DNA from: an uncultured Gammaproteobacteria bacterium
GTDB taxonomy: Bacteria; Patescibacteriota; Microgenomatia; UBA1406; HO2-37-13b
DNA length: 64,000 bases
Reading direction: 5' to 3'
NCBI GenBank assembly: GCA_964612595.1
Contig: CAZTFB010000002.1
Location: forward strand, 252,933-316,932
Part shown: piece after piece, positions 34,093 to 44,274 of the stretch
Layout of the letters: the number at the start of each line of letters is the position of its first letter
Position numbering within the stretch: position 1 is the first letter of the stretch
The notes under the pieces: model-generated
Told to the model about the DNA's origin: nothing
The model's input: only the letters and a program-made list of their open reading frames with translations
Database searches by the model: none
Translations under genes and position numbers: made by a program

Positions 34093-34639
34093 TAATCTTA
34101 AAACGTGCTCTTTCTTCATCAGACGGTTTTTCAACAGGATCACCGATTTTCCAATATTTTTTTCGGTTATACAAAAGGGGATCATTCGACGTTCCTTCTT
34201 CAGCAGCGATAACCTCACCTAAAAACATCGTATGATCGCCCATCGGCTCAATCTTCACAAGCTTACATTCCGCGAGAAACACAGCATCTTTAGATAAGAG
34301 CACCTGCGTCGCTTCACCACGTTCAAACGTATAACCAAGCTCAGCTAATGCCGCAATCTTATCAATCTCATGTCCAGTGTTATTACCGATGATGCTTGTT
34401 ACAACATTCTGATGTATGCCAGCCAAGCTCACGCCAAAAACACCCGTTTCTTTAATGTTTTCTGCGGTAGCCTTCGTTCTTCGATGTCCAATATGCACCG
34501 TAATCATTGCTGGATTATAAGAAACGAGGTACGTCCATTCAGCTGCCATAAGATTGTCACCGAGTGAGCCACGACTACTAACAATACCAACCGTTGTGGT
34601 GAAGCCTTTTGCGAGTTCAGAATCAGGTTTTATCTCCAT
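34052..34639 (-). CDS. flavin reductase-like FMN-binding domain protein
   Basis: The FTTTVGIVSSRG...NLMAAEWTYLVSYNPAMITVHIG...ENIKETGVFGVSL...GDHTMFLGEVI pattern fits the Flavin_Reduct family. Its 3' end overlaps the convergent DUF1003 gene by 41 nt. Confidence 0.7.
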   Translation of the reverse strand: MEIKPDSELAKGFTTTVGIVSSRGSLGDNLMAAEWTYLVSYNPAMITVHIGHRRTKATAENIKETGVFGVSLAGIHQNVVTSIIGNNTGHEIDKIAALAELGYTFERGEATQVLLSKDAVFLAECKLVKIEPMGDHTMFLGEVIAAEEGTSNDPLLYNRKKYWKIGDPVEKPSDEERARFKIIIDAHRKSSVSDL

Positions 34640-34715
34640 AGAGGGTCGCGTCTATTGTAACAGATACAGAACACGTTTATAATGAAGCTATCCACTACAT
34701 TGGTGCATATTTTAT

Positions 34716-36578
34716 ATGAGTTTATTATCTAAATGGTTTGGCACACATGAGGTTGCAACTAAAAAAAGTAGTAGTGTATCTCGTGTTCGAGCAATTGGCG
34801 TAACCGCACTGCGAGGTTCAATTCAACTTTACTATCGATCAGGAGAGAAGGGTGACATTGTGTGTGCAGAGAGCCGTAATGGACTCACCTTTGGTAATCC
34901 TGAGCCTGTCATTATTTTTCCAAAAGAGCATCAGGATCTTATAGAACACATCCGCTTTTACTCGCATGAGCGTATTTCTCACGCACAATATAAGCTTCCC
35001 GCGCAAGATCCGTGGTATCCCTCAACAACCAAAGATATGCTCGAGTTTCATATTGCTGTCGATAATTCTGCGCTTGAACCTCTTGTTGAATTGCACGATC
35101 CCGAAGGTGATGAGCGTGTGCGTTATAGCGGAGATCATAATATTTTTGCCTATGCCGTTTCGAAGGATGGTAAGTTATGGAAAGAAGAAAAACTAGTTTT
35201 AACGGGGCGCCGAGGATTCTTTGATGATGGATCGTTAAGGCCCGAGGCGTGTTTTAAAGTGGAGGATGGTATTATGCTTATCTACTCCTCTCGAAAGAAG
35301 CATCAGACCGATCAAAACTTTACTGTTGGTGCAGCATTGTTTGATCATGACGAGCCCACAAGAATGTTATGGCGATCTGAGAAACCTTTATGGGAGCAGC
35401 ATAAACAATGGAAAGGGCTTGTTGTTAATCCGGTTGGCGTTGTATTGTATGATCAACATCTGTATATGTATGTGCAAGTGCAAAATATGGGCATGCACGT
35501 CATATTATTGCCTTCAGCTGCGATACTTGCGCATATCCGTCACCATGCAGTCTCGCCGAAATTGCACCGCCATCATAAAAATCCGCTGATCGCACCATCA
35601 CAGCATAACTCATGGGAGGCATTTACAACATTTAATGCTGCTGCGCTCTATGCAGATGAAAAATTTCACATTGTATATAGAGCGCAGGGGTACGATTACA
35701 TATCGGTGTTAGGCTATGCGTCAAGCAAGGACGGTTTTAGTATTGACGAAAAACTTAACGAGCCGATATATCACCCAAGGGAGCATTTTGAGTTTGTTGG
35801 TGAAGATGTCGATCCTTCGACCATCGCAACCAAATTTATGTCAGGCGGTGGCTATGGCGGTTGCGAAGATCCGCGGCTTACGCTTATCGACGACAAAGTA
35901 TATATGACATATGTTGCTTTTGACGGTTATAACCCGCCGCGTGTCGCTCTTACCTCTATAGATCTTGAAAACTTCCTCTCAAAGAACTGGCAATGGGAGC
36001 GACCCGTACTTATCTCACCGCCAGATGTTGTTGATAAAAATGCTGTCATTTTTCCTGAAAAAATTAACGGAAAGTATGTCATTATGCATCGTATCTTTCC
36101 CGACATTCTTATTGATTTTGTCGATTCCCTTAACTTTGATGGGACATCATGGCTCGAAGGTCGCCATAAAATTATGCCCCGCCCCGATAAATGGGACAGC
36201 AGAAAAATTGGCGCGGGCCCTCCACCACTTAAAACAAAAGACGGTTGGCTCCTTATCTACCAATCTGTCGGCAATCAAGATCCTGGAAAATATAAGATCG
36301 GTGCTATGTTGCTTGATCTTAACGACCCAACAAAAGTTTTATATCGCCCAAACAAACCTATTCTTGAGCCAGACGCATGGTACGAAAATGAGGGTTTCAA
36401 ATCTGGTGTTGTGTACCCATGTGGCGCCGTCATAAAAGATAACATTCTCTTTGTCTATTACGGAGGAGCTGATTCTCATGTTTGTGTCGCGACGGCATAC
36501 CTTGATGAATTTCTCGAGCATATGAAGCGCCAAGAAGAAATTAGTTTGCAGCCAGCAATTTTGCCATTGGAAATGTAA
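34716..36578 (+). CDS. two-module GH130-family (PH1107-type glycosidase/phosphorylase-like) protein: degenerate N-module and canonical C-module
   Basis: The C-terminal half has KNPLIAP, GGCEDPRLTLIDDKVYMTYVAFDG, PPRVALTS, DKNAVIFPEKINGKYVIMHR, KIGAGPPPLKTKDGWLLIY, YKIGAMLLD and VYYGGADSHVCVA. The N-terminal ~290 aa keep only weak echoes of these motifs. Confidence 0.7.
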   Translation: MSLLSKWFGTHEVATKKSSSVSRVRAIGVTALRGSIQLYYRSGEKGDIVCAESRNGLTFGNPEPVIIFPKEHQDLIEHIRFYSHERISHAQYKLPAQDPWYPSTTKDMLEFHIAVDNSALEPLVELHDPEGDERVRYSGDHNIFAYAVSKDGKLWKEEKLVLTGRRGFFDDGSLRPEACFKVEDGIMLIYSSRKKHQTDQNFTVGAALFDHDEPTRMLWRSEKPLWEQHKQWKGLVVNPVGVVLYDQHLYMYVQVQNMGMHVILLPSAAILAHIRHHAVSPKLHRHHKNPLIAPSQHNSWEAFTTFNAAALYADEKFHIVYRAQGYDYISVLGYASSKDGFSIDEKLNEPIYHPREHFEFVGEDVDPSTIATKFMSGGGYGGCEDPRLTLIDDKVYMTYVAFDGYNPPRVALTSIDLENFLSKNWQWERPVLISPPDVVDKNAVIFPEKINGKYVIMHRIFPDILIDFVDSLNFDGTSWLEGRHKIMPRPDKWDSRKIGAGPPPLKTKDGWLLIYQSVGNQDPGKYKIGAMLLDLNDPTKVLYRPNKPILEPDAWYENEGFKSGVVYPCGAVIKDNILFVYYGGADSHVCVATAYLDEFLEHMKRQEEISLQPAILPLEM

Positions 36579-36591
36579 GATGTATTGAGCT

Positions 36592-38514
36592 ATGTTAAAA
36601 CTACAGCGTGATCGACACAACCCGCTTATCTCACCAAATCCATTAGTCGATTGGGAATCGTATGCAACTTTCAATGGGTCAGTTGTAAAAAGTGATGACG
36701 GCTATCATATGGTGTATCGAGCCGTTTCAAACAACAAAAAAGTCGGAACAACAACGCTTCAGCTCTCGACTGTAGGCTATGCTAAAAGTAAGGATGGCGT
36801 TATATTTGATGAGCATGCACAGCTTATTGCTCCTGTCGAAAAGTGGGAAACATACGGATGTGAGGACCCCCGTATGACTAAAATTGATGATACGTATGTC
36901 ATTTTTTATACTGCGCTCTCTTCGTTTCCCTTTGGGCCAGATAATATTAAGATTGCTGTCGCGCTCTCGAAAGATCTAAAAAAAATCGATGAACGTCATC
37001 TTGTCACCCCATTTAACGCGAAAGCGATGACGATGTTTCCGCGTAAAATCAACGATAAATATGTTGTCATATTTACCTATCATACCGATCAACACCCTTC
37101 GTATATTGTAAAAGCAGAATGTACAAACATAAGCGATTTATGGGATGAGCAGTTCTGGGTAACATGGGAGGCTCATTGGGAAGACCACATCATTCCGCTT
37201 AAACGATTAAACAGAGATTTTATTGAGGTCGGCGCACCGCCTATCGAAACGGATAAAGGTTGGGTCTTTTTTTACTCATATGTACGCAATTATTACGTAG
37301 GCGACCCACGCGAATTTACGATTGAGGCTGTATTGCTCGATAAAGATCAACCCGGAAAGATTATCGGGCGTATAAACGACCCGCTTATGCTCCCACTTGA
37401 GGATTACGAAAAAGAAGGTATGGTTCAAAATATTGTGTTTCCTTCGGGTGCAATAATAGATGACAATGCTTTTCATGTGTACTACGGAGGTGCCGATACA
37501 GTAGTATGTCGCGCAACAATCCACAAAGATGCGTTGCTCCAACAGTTCTCCGATAAACCCTCACTCACGCCAAGATTGAAACGCTATGATCGAAATCCTA
37601 TCCTTGAACCGCGCAAGGAGCATACGTGGGAATCATTGGCAGTATTTAACCCTGCTGCGCTTAATATTAACAATAGAATTCATATTATCTATCGCTCCAT
37701 GTCGCTCGACAATACCTCTACGATGGGATACGCTGCATCAGATGACGGTTTTAATATTGTATCGCGCTCGATTCAGCCGGTATTTATGCCGCGGTTTGAT
37801 TTTGAAGATAAAAAGATTCCCGGTGGAAATTCGGGTTGTGAGGATCCTCGTCTTACTATTATTGATGATACGATTTATGTAACGTACACAGCATACGATG
37901 GCATACATGTGCCGCGTGTTGCGCTCAGCTCTATAAAAGTCGACGATTTTGTTGCTGAGCGCTGGAATTGGACTGAGTCCAAACTTATTTCGCCGCCAGG
38001 TGTTGATGATAAAGATGCGTGTATTTTCCCTGAAAAAGTTCAAGGTAAATATGTTGTCTTTCATCGCATTGACGGGATTATAGTAATAGATTATGTTGAC
38101 TCACTCGAGTTTAGTGAGAATTCATGGCTGCGAACACTTGAATACATAAATATAACCGAAGAGGTCTGGCACGGATTAAAGATTGGTATATCTACACCGC
38201 CTATAAAAACAGATGAAGGATGGTTGCTCCTCTATCATGCAATAAGTTCTGTTGATAAGAATTATCGACTTGGCGCCATGTTGCTTGAGCATGATAAGCC
38301 TTCTGTGATTAAAGCGTTACTGCCATATCCAATTCTTGAGCCAGAGAGAAAATATGAGACAGATGGTATTGTTAATAACGTTGTTTTTCCATGTGGGGCT
38401 GTAGTAAAGGATAACCAACTATTTGTATATTACGGAGGTGCTGATCTTGTTGTTGGTGTCGCGACACTACCAATGGAAGAAATTTTGCATGCATTGATGC
38501 TCTATCGACGATAA
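36592..38514 (+). CDS. tandem-duplicated GH130-family protein (two canonical modules)
   Basis: Module 1 has HNPLISP, GCEDPRMTKIDDTYVIFY and VYYGGADTVVCRA. Module 2, from about nt 37564, has RNPILEP, GCEDPRLTIIDDTIYVTY, VPRVALSS, DKDACIFPEKVQGKYVVFHR, YRLGAMLLE and VYYGGADLVVGVA. Confidence 0.75.
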   Translation: MLKLQRDRHNPLISPNPLVDWESYATFNGSVVKSDDGYHMVYRAVSNNKKVGTTTLQLSTVGYAKSKDGVIFDEHAQLIAPVEKWETYGCEDPRMTKIDDTYVIFYTALSSFPFGPDNIKIAVALSKDLKKIDERHLVTPFNAKAMTMFPRKINDKYVVIFTYHTDQHPSYIVKAECTNISDLWDEQFWVTWEAHWEDHIIPLKRLNRDFIEVGAPPIETDKGWVFFYSYVRNYYVGDPREFTIEAVLLDKDQPGKIIGRINDPLMLPLEDYEKEGMVQNIVFPSGAIIDDNAFHVYYGGADTVVCRATIHKDALLQQFSDKPSLTPRLKRYDRNPILEPRKEHTWESLAVFNPAALNINNRIHIIYRSMSLDNTSTMGYAASDDGFNIVSRSIQPVFMPRFDFEDKKIPGGNSGCEDPRLTIIDDTIYVTYTAYDGIHVPRVALSSIKVDDFVAERWNWTESKLISPPGVDDKDACIFPEKVQGKYVVFHRIDGIIVIDYVDSLEFSENSWLRTLEYINITEEVWHGLKIGISTPPIKTDEGWLLLYHAISSVDKNYRLGAMLLEHDKPSVIKALLPYPILEPERKYETDGIVNNVVFPCGAVVKDNQLFVYYGGADLVVGVATLPMEEILHALMLYRR

Positions 38515-38515
38515 T

Positions 38516-40063
38516 TTATCGAAAATAAATGCCCTGAATCAAGTTTGGATTTGCCGGAATTGCGAGTTCTTCTTCGGTTAAGGTATGTTTCTCAATAATA
38601 TAGTCGCCTACACGCTTTATTTCTGCACCTGATGTTGCGATAAAGATTTCATTGGCTTTCCACCAGTCAACATCTTTTTCTATACCGTTTTCACGCGGGG
38701 GAATAATAATTAGATATGTTGTTTTTTTCTTTTCAAATGGAAATGCCTTGTGAGTAAATTCTTTTTGTGTATAGTCCATCGCATAGCGTGGGGAATAGCC
38801 AAACAATTCGGGAGAAAAAATAAAATAGCCAAAATCTTCTTTTGTAGAAGCATAGACTGTTTGTGCCATTTCATGGCTTGTTATCCATGAGGAACCATCC
38901 ACATATATGGATGCCGATAATTTCTTTGCGTCAATAACACCAAGGGTAAGGTGCCAACCCAACATCGAACATATGAGAAACATCCATACTTTTTTATTCA
39001 TAATTTTCAACTTCGATCCGAAAATAAGATAGGTAAATGTCACAAATGGCCAGGAATAATAACTTTGTATACTTCCCCTAAATAGTAATGCAACTACCCA
39101 AAAACCAATGTATAGAAAAAAGATAGTAGAATACACATCGCGAGCAGGAAGTTTTTTTATCTTATTTTCTTGATAAAGCCACAGTCCCGAAAGCCATATG
39201 AGTGGTGCAGAGAGGAACATCATCGGTTTTTTAAGAATTACTACGCCATTGAATATGGCCAGAAGATACTCCCATGCCTGTTGTGCAAAGGTAAGATCGG
39301 TTGATTTAGGATGCTGTAAGAATGCAATGATCGATCGTGTTTGGAGAAAATCATTTCGTACTTCGAATAAGATGTGGGTGCTAAGTGGAAGAAGAATGAC
39401 AAAATAGAAAAGAATATGCGCATATCGTTTGTGTCTAAAAATACTATACGAAGTAATAAATAGCGACAAGAGCAACATAGGTACGCCGAATGCCATTTGG
39501 AATTGGATAAGTAGTCCGATGAAGAAATACGTCCATAAGACATAACGTATCTTTTGTGTGTGCGTATACTTTATAAGACTATAGAGAAAGAGGGGGGCAA
39601 TCATAACAGCGCCAAACGGATTATACAATCCTCGTGTCACATCGAAGAGTGATGCAGAGAATAATGCCATTGCTGCAAGTCCTTCAGTCCTGCCAAAAAG
39701 CTTTTTTCCTACCCATCCAATTGTTCCTACAGCTATCACACTCAATAAAACCCAAAACCAACCAATAACGGCAGGATTGCCATGTCCGATAAAATATATT
39801 GGGGCATGTAGATACATCCATAGCGGGCCGTGGAAAAGGCCTTGGATACCGCCGGCCCGCGGTCCAATCAGACTAACATCGCCCTTATCAACAAGATCTT
39901 GGAGTAAAAGAAAGTCGCGTGCAATATCGGTATGAAATGCAATATTACCGTTAAGAACGGACCATGCGCTTATGCATATACCTACACATGTGACAATAAT
40001 AAAGAAGTACTCAAGGATTGATAATGGTGGAGTTTTTTTCACACGCATGATCCGATTATACAA
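38516..40063 (-). CDS. polytopic membrane protein, GT-C glycosyltransferase-like
   Basis: About 12 TM helices with an early-loop acidic motif (FHTDIARDFLLLQDLVDKGDVSLIGPRAGG) and a C-terminal soluble domain. The architecture resembles ArnT/PMT-like enzymes, but the family is not certain. Confidence 0.4.
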   Translation of the reverse strand: MYNRIMRVKKTPPLSILEYFFIIVTCVGICISAWSVLNGNIAFHTDIARDFLLLQDLVDKGDVSLIGPRAGGIQGLFHGPLWMYLHAPIYFIGHGNPAVIGWFWVLLSVIAVGTIGWVGKKLFGRTEGLAAMALFSASLFDVTRGLYNPFGAVMIAPLFLYSLIKYTHTQKIRYVLWTYFFIGLLIQFQMAFGVPMLLLSLFITSYSIFRHKRYAHILFYFVILLPLSTHILFEVRNDFLQTRSIIAFLQHPKSTDLTFAQQAWEYLLAIFNGVVILKKPMMFLSAPLIWLSGLWLYQENKIKKLPARDVYSTIFFLYIGFWVVALLFRGSIQSYYSWPFVTFTYLIFGSKLKIMNKKVWMFLICSMLGWHLTLGVIDAKKLSASIYVDGSSWITSHEMAQTVYASTKEDFGYFIFSPELFGYSPRYAMDYTQKEFTHKAFPFEKKKTTYLIIIPPRENGIEKDVDWWKANEIFIATSGAEIKRVGDYIIEKHTLTEEELAIPANPNLIQGIYFR

Positions 40064-40745
40064 TACAGCGTATGGTATATGATTCGGTACGTGTCTCGCC
40101 AGGTGTCATGATCGGTCCATCGCCCACGCTGGCCCACCACGGTTCAATACAGATATGATCATCCTTATTCTCAGTCCATACGACAGTTTCAAGAGGTACG
40201 GGATCTGCAGTAATAAGAAATTTTTTGTTTTCAAGCGTCATATATATTTCTGGCATACCAAGAAGGTGATAGCTTTTTCCGTTCTCAACAGGAAACACAT
40301 GGATACTATCAAATAGTGCGTGTGGAGAAAAATACGTATGTAATCCCGTACCAACAGGAATGAGAATATCTCCAGTATATGATGTAGCTCTAGTGAGTGA
40401 AAAAGTCTTTTCATCTTCCAATGAAATTTCAATGGTCGCATCACCGATAAGAGGATGATCGATGCCGTCATATGTGCGGCGAAGTGTAATGGAAGTATCC
40501 TGTTGAGATATTATGTCCCACATCGTAATACGATCTGTACCATGCTGCGGCATTGAAGGTGCTACTTCTTGCCAGACGCCTACGTTTGCATCGACAAGAG
40601 GACCGAGTATGGGGATGCCACTGCGTTTCGGATTTGTGCCGTCATCCTCTCGAAGTATAGATACACCAGAAAGTTTCAATACTGTAACGCGTGCACCTAA
40701 AGGGTCTATGCGCATCGAGCTTGTACCGTTTACGATATCAATCAT
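40056..40745 (-). CDS. aldose 1-epimerase-family (glucose-6-phosphate 1-epimerase-like) protein
   Basis: SMRIDPLGARVTVLKLSG..., SGIPILGP..., MPQHGTDRITMWDI and a C-terminal ICIEPW follow the mutarotase-fold pattern. Confidence 0.6.
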   Translation of the reverse strand: MIDIVNGTSSMRIDPLGARVTVLKLSGVSILREDDGTNPKRSGIPILGPLVDANVGVWQEVAPSMPQHGTDRITMWDIISQQDTSITLRRTYDGIDHPLIGDATIEISLEDEKTFSLTRATSYTGDILIPVGTGLHTYFSPHALFDSIHVFPVENGKSYHLLGMPEIYMTLENKKFLITADPVPLETVVWTENKDDHICIEPWWASVGDGPIMTPGETRTESYTIRCIV

Positions 40746-40760
40746 ATTATTAATTATGGA

Positions 40761-42530
40761 CTAATTTTGAGATTGCGTTTTGTACAGCTTTGAAAAGACG
40801 CTTGTTGCATTCATATGTAATTTATTAAACGATCCTGCTTCGACAATGCTTCCATTTTCGCATACATATATTATATCGACATTTTTAAGAGTACTAACAC
40901 GGTGGGCAATAAATATCAGAGTTTTTTTTGTTAATTCCTTTTCTAATCCATCTTGTATTTTCCCTTCTGTGCGTGAATCAAGCGAAGAAGTTGCCTCATC
41001 AAAAATAATGATTTCAGGATCTCTACAAATTGCGCGTGCAATACCAACGCGCTGTCGTTCACCGCCAGAAAGATGATACCCCTTTTCTCCAATTGGTGTC
41101 TTTAAACCATCCGGTAGTTTTTCAATGACGTCATCAAGTTGTGAAACTTTTAATGCTTTTTTGAGTAGATCAGGATCGACTTTGCGCATCAATGTAATGT
41201 TTTCTTCAAGCGTCATATTGAACATCTCTGAGTCCTGTAGGACAATAGCTATATGTTGGCTCACTTCGTCATGTGAAACATCATAAAAACTTGTTGAGCC
41301 AATCTTATATTCCCCTTGACTTAGCGGGTATAGTCCCACAAGTATTTTGCTCAATGTCGATTTACCACTTCCTGTTTTCCCTACGATTCCTACCTTTTGA
41401 AATTTCGGTATAGAAATATTTATATCTTTTAGAGCTGAAGGCGCATCCTTTTCGATATGATCATACGAAAAGGATGCGTTATAAAGACTGATAAACTGCC
41501 ACTTTTTTGGAAACAATGAAGTTCCCCTATTTACATTGTCTTTAGCCCAAAAAATAGTCATCATCCTGCCGATACTAGATTTTGATTCAAGCATTTTCTC
41601 GTAATTGGATAATATATCTGAGGTTCGATTGGTCAGCTGGATCATATAACTATTTATGATGACAATCGACCCAGCAGAAAGTAATCCACGCGCAACATCA
41701 ATACCTGAAACAAGAAGAAAGACACCCATAATGACAGCGTTATAGACTTGATATACCTGCCACTGCATAATTGAAACGCGGCGAATCTCATATTCAAATG
41801 TTTTTTTCAGTTGTTCGCGCTTTGCTACATGTTCACCAAATTTCTTTTGTGCACCTGACGATTTTATTGTTAAGATGTTTCCAATTCCTTCAACATGGGC
41901 GCCGCTTGCATCTTCCATAGACTTATTTAGCTTTTCGTTAAGATCTTGAATACGATCATAAAAATAGCGAAGAATCATCCAGAATCCAAGCCCATACAAT
42001 AGACACAGTACGATATATGGTGGTCTTAGGACAATGAGTAATCCAACTGTATAGATGAGATTAATGACAGTCGGGTACATCGTATTACTGAAAAAATAGC
42101 TGATAGTCCATAAATCGCTGATACCCTTCTGCAATCGTTGATATTTATTGCCAGTAAGTTCTTTATCGTGCCATGCAAGTGATAGATCAAGCAGTCGATC
42201 AAATCCTTTGACGCGGATATCATATGAAACCTCGCTTTGGATATCTCCCATTGATTGCTTAATTCGCAGACGTAGATAGGCGGCTATTGATGTTAAGACG
42301 GATCCAATTAAGACAAGTAAATAAAATGGTTGTAGAGGATCCCCTTTTGTATAAGAGGTAAAGTAATCTACAACCATACCCATTATTAATGGTGGTATTG
42401 CACCAAAACCAAGGATAAGAATCAGGATGAAGGAAAAGAAAAGGTATGCTTTTTTTCTTTTACCCAATAGGTAGAGTACTGCCTTCCCAAAATTCATCCA
42501 CGTAAATGTCGCATTATCTTTTTCTGACAT
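40761..42530 (-). CDS. ABC exporter, fused permease/ATPase (MsbA-like)
   Basis: Six N-terminal TM helices, Walker A GKTGSGKST, signature LSGGERQR, Walker B IIIFDEATSSLD, H-loop IAHR. Confidence 0.9.
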   Translation of the reverse strand: MSEKDNATFTWMNFGKAVLYLLGKRKKAYLFFSFILILILGFGAIPPLIMGMVVDYFTSYTKGDPLQPFYLLVLIGSVLTSIAAYLRLRIKQSMGDIQSEVSYDIRVKGFDRLLDLSLAWHDKELTGNKYQRLQKGISDLWTISYFFSNTMYPTVINLIYTVGLLIVLRPPYIVLCLLYGLGFWMILRYFYDRIQDLNEKLNKSMEDASGAHVEGIGNILTIKSSGAQKKFGEHVAKREQLKKTFEYEIRRVSIMQWQVYQVYNAVIMGVFLLVSGIDVARGLLSAGSIVIINSYMIQLTNRTSDILSNYEKMLESKSSIGRMMTIFWAKDNVNRGTSLFPKKWQFISLYNASFSYDHIEKDAPSALKDINISIPKFQKVGIVGKTGSGKSTLSKILVGLYPLSQGEYKIGSTSFYDVSHDEVSQHIAIVLQDSEMFNMTLEENITLMRKVDPDLLKKALKVSQLDDVIEKLPDGLKTPIGEKGYHLSGGERQRVGIARAICRDPEIIIFDEATSSLDSRTEGKIQDGLEKELTKKTLIFIAHRVSTLKNVDIIYVCENGSIVEAGSFNKLHMNATSVFSKLYKTQSQN

Positions 42531-42601
42531 AATATATTTTACCTCTTTTATTTTTCATTCCTATTTCATATAACAAATGTATAATAGCTAGATCAGCATA
42601 T

Positions 42602-44269
42602 ATGAAGCATAGGTTTATAAACGCACTTACAAAAGCCACTCAGTTATCGAGAAAAGATCTTACAGCAGCAATCACCGTATCATTTGTCGCTATTCCACAG
42701 GCTCTTGCATACGCTGCTATGGCAGGACTTCCTGCATATGTAGGTTTGTATGCGACGTCAATGCCAACATTCATTGCTGCATTTTTTGGGACGTCGCGCA
42801 TATTATCAACGGGGCCAATAGCAATCATTTCTTTGTTGACCGCAACATCGCTGGCTTCATATGGGCCTGATCCAGCCCAGCTCATTATTGCCGCTGTTGT
42901 GTTGTCACTTCTTGTTGGGTGCATACAGATTGTGCTCGGCATACTCCATGTGGGATCCTTGATTAACTTTATTGCATATCCCGTGCTAAGTGGGTTTACC
43001 ACAGCAGCTGCATTTATCATCTGGTTTTCACAAGTTCCCAAACTTTTTGGTGTGGCAGTCTCTGAACAGCCGCATTTCTATCAGGTTTTTCTAGAGACTT
43101 TAAGCAAACTATCCACCTTTCATATGCCAACAATGATAATTGGGCTTGGCTCGGTGCTTACCTTACTCATGTTAAAAAAATATGCACCACGATTACCCGC
43201 TGCACTCATTGTGGTGATAGCTGGAACCATAATGAGTATGGGCATGCAGTATGATGGCAATATCATTGGCAATGTTCCACAAGGATTTTATTTGTTCGAC
43301 ATGCGTAGCATCATTGGATTCGATCCATCTGGTTTATTAACAAATGCTTTCATTATTGCTGTAGTCGGATTCGTCAGTGGCATATCAATTATCAAACAGC
43401 TTGCTGTACAAACACGTGATAAAGTAAACCCTAATAGAGAAATGATTGCGCAAGGTATCGCAAACGTGTCGTCAGGACTTATTGGTTCGTATCCTGTCGC
43501 AGGATCAGTCTCAAGAACGGCAATCAATATGAATGCAGGTGCGCAATCAAGATTATCGTCAATGCTTCTTGGCATGATAAGTCTTATTGTCATGATATTT
43601 TTAGCTCCTCTACTTTTTCATCTTACCTACGCTTCGCTTGCAGCGATTATTATGGTGGCGGTGGGAGAGCTTATTGACATTAAAGAAATTAAACGACTTT
43701 TGCTCACACAATATAGAGATGGTATAGTGGCACTGTTAACATTTGCCTCAACACTTTTTTTTGCCCCACATCTAGATCTTGGTATTCTTGTGGGAATAGT
43801 TGCATCAGTTTTTGCACATATGCATCGTGTTGCAAAGCCACATATTGAAATATTTTTTTGTCACGATATCGACTACTTACACTCACATCATTACCATATT
43901 CATACATATCCATCTAATGATCTGGTTATGGGAGTATCGGTCGAATTAAGTCTTTCATTTGCAAACGCAACGTATGTACAAGAAAAAATTATTGAAAACA
44001 TCGAAGCCCAGAAGAAAAAACCAAAGTATGTCTTACTTATAGCGAGTTATATTGCTGGTATTGACGCATCTGCTGAACAAGTGTTACTTCACCTACATGC
44101 TCAGTTGCGCGAAAGAAACATAAGACTTTTAATTGCGGGTCTCAAACCTCGTGTTGAGGCATCACTTAAAGATACTGAATTGTACGATTTTATAGGAGGA
44201 AAAAATATTTATCCCGAAATTAATCTTGCGCTTAAGGCTATTCACGATCGCGAAGGAAACGGAAAGTAA
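42602..44269 (+). CDS. SulP-family anion permease with C-terminal STAS domain
   Basis: The N-terminal DLTAAITVSFVAIPQALAYAAMAGLPAYVGLYATSMPTFIAAFFGTSRILSTGP is the SulP signature. It has a polytopic core and a STAS-like C-terminus. Confidence 0.9.
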   Translation: MKHRFINALTKATQLSRKDLTAAITVSFVAIPQALAYAAMAGLPAYVGLYATSMPTFIAAFFGTSRILSTGPIAIISLLTATSLASYGPDPAQLIIAAVVLSLLVGCIQIVLGILHVGSLINFIAYPVLSGFTTAAAFIIWFSQVPKLFGVAVSEQPHFYQVFLETLSKLSTFHMPTMIIGLGSVLTLLMLKKYAPRLPAALIVVIAGTIMSMGMQYDGNIIGNVPQGFYLFDMRSIIGFDPSGLLTNAFIIAVVGFVSGISIIKQLAVQTRDKVNPNREMIAQGIANVSSGLIGSYPVAGSVSRTAINMNAGAQSRLSSMLLGMISLIVMIFLAPLLFHLTYASLAAIIMVAVGELIDIKEIKRLLLTQYRDGIVALLTFASTLFFAPHLDLGILVGIVASVFAHMHRVAKPHIEIFFCHDIDYLHSHHYHIHTYPSNDLVMGVSVELSLSFANATYVQEKIIENIEAQKKKPKYVLLIASYIAGIDASAEQVLLHLHAQLRERNIRLLIAGLKPRVEASLKDTELYDFIGGKNIYPEINLALKAIHDREGNGK

Positions 44270-44274
44270 TCGTA

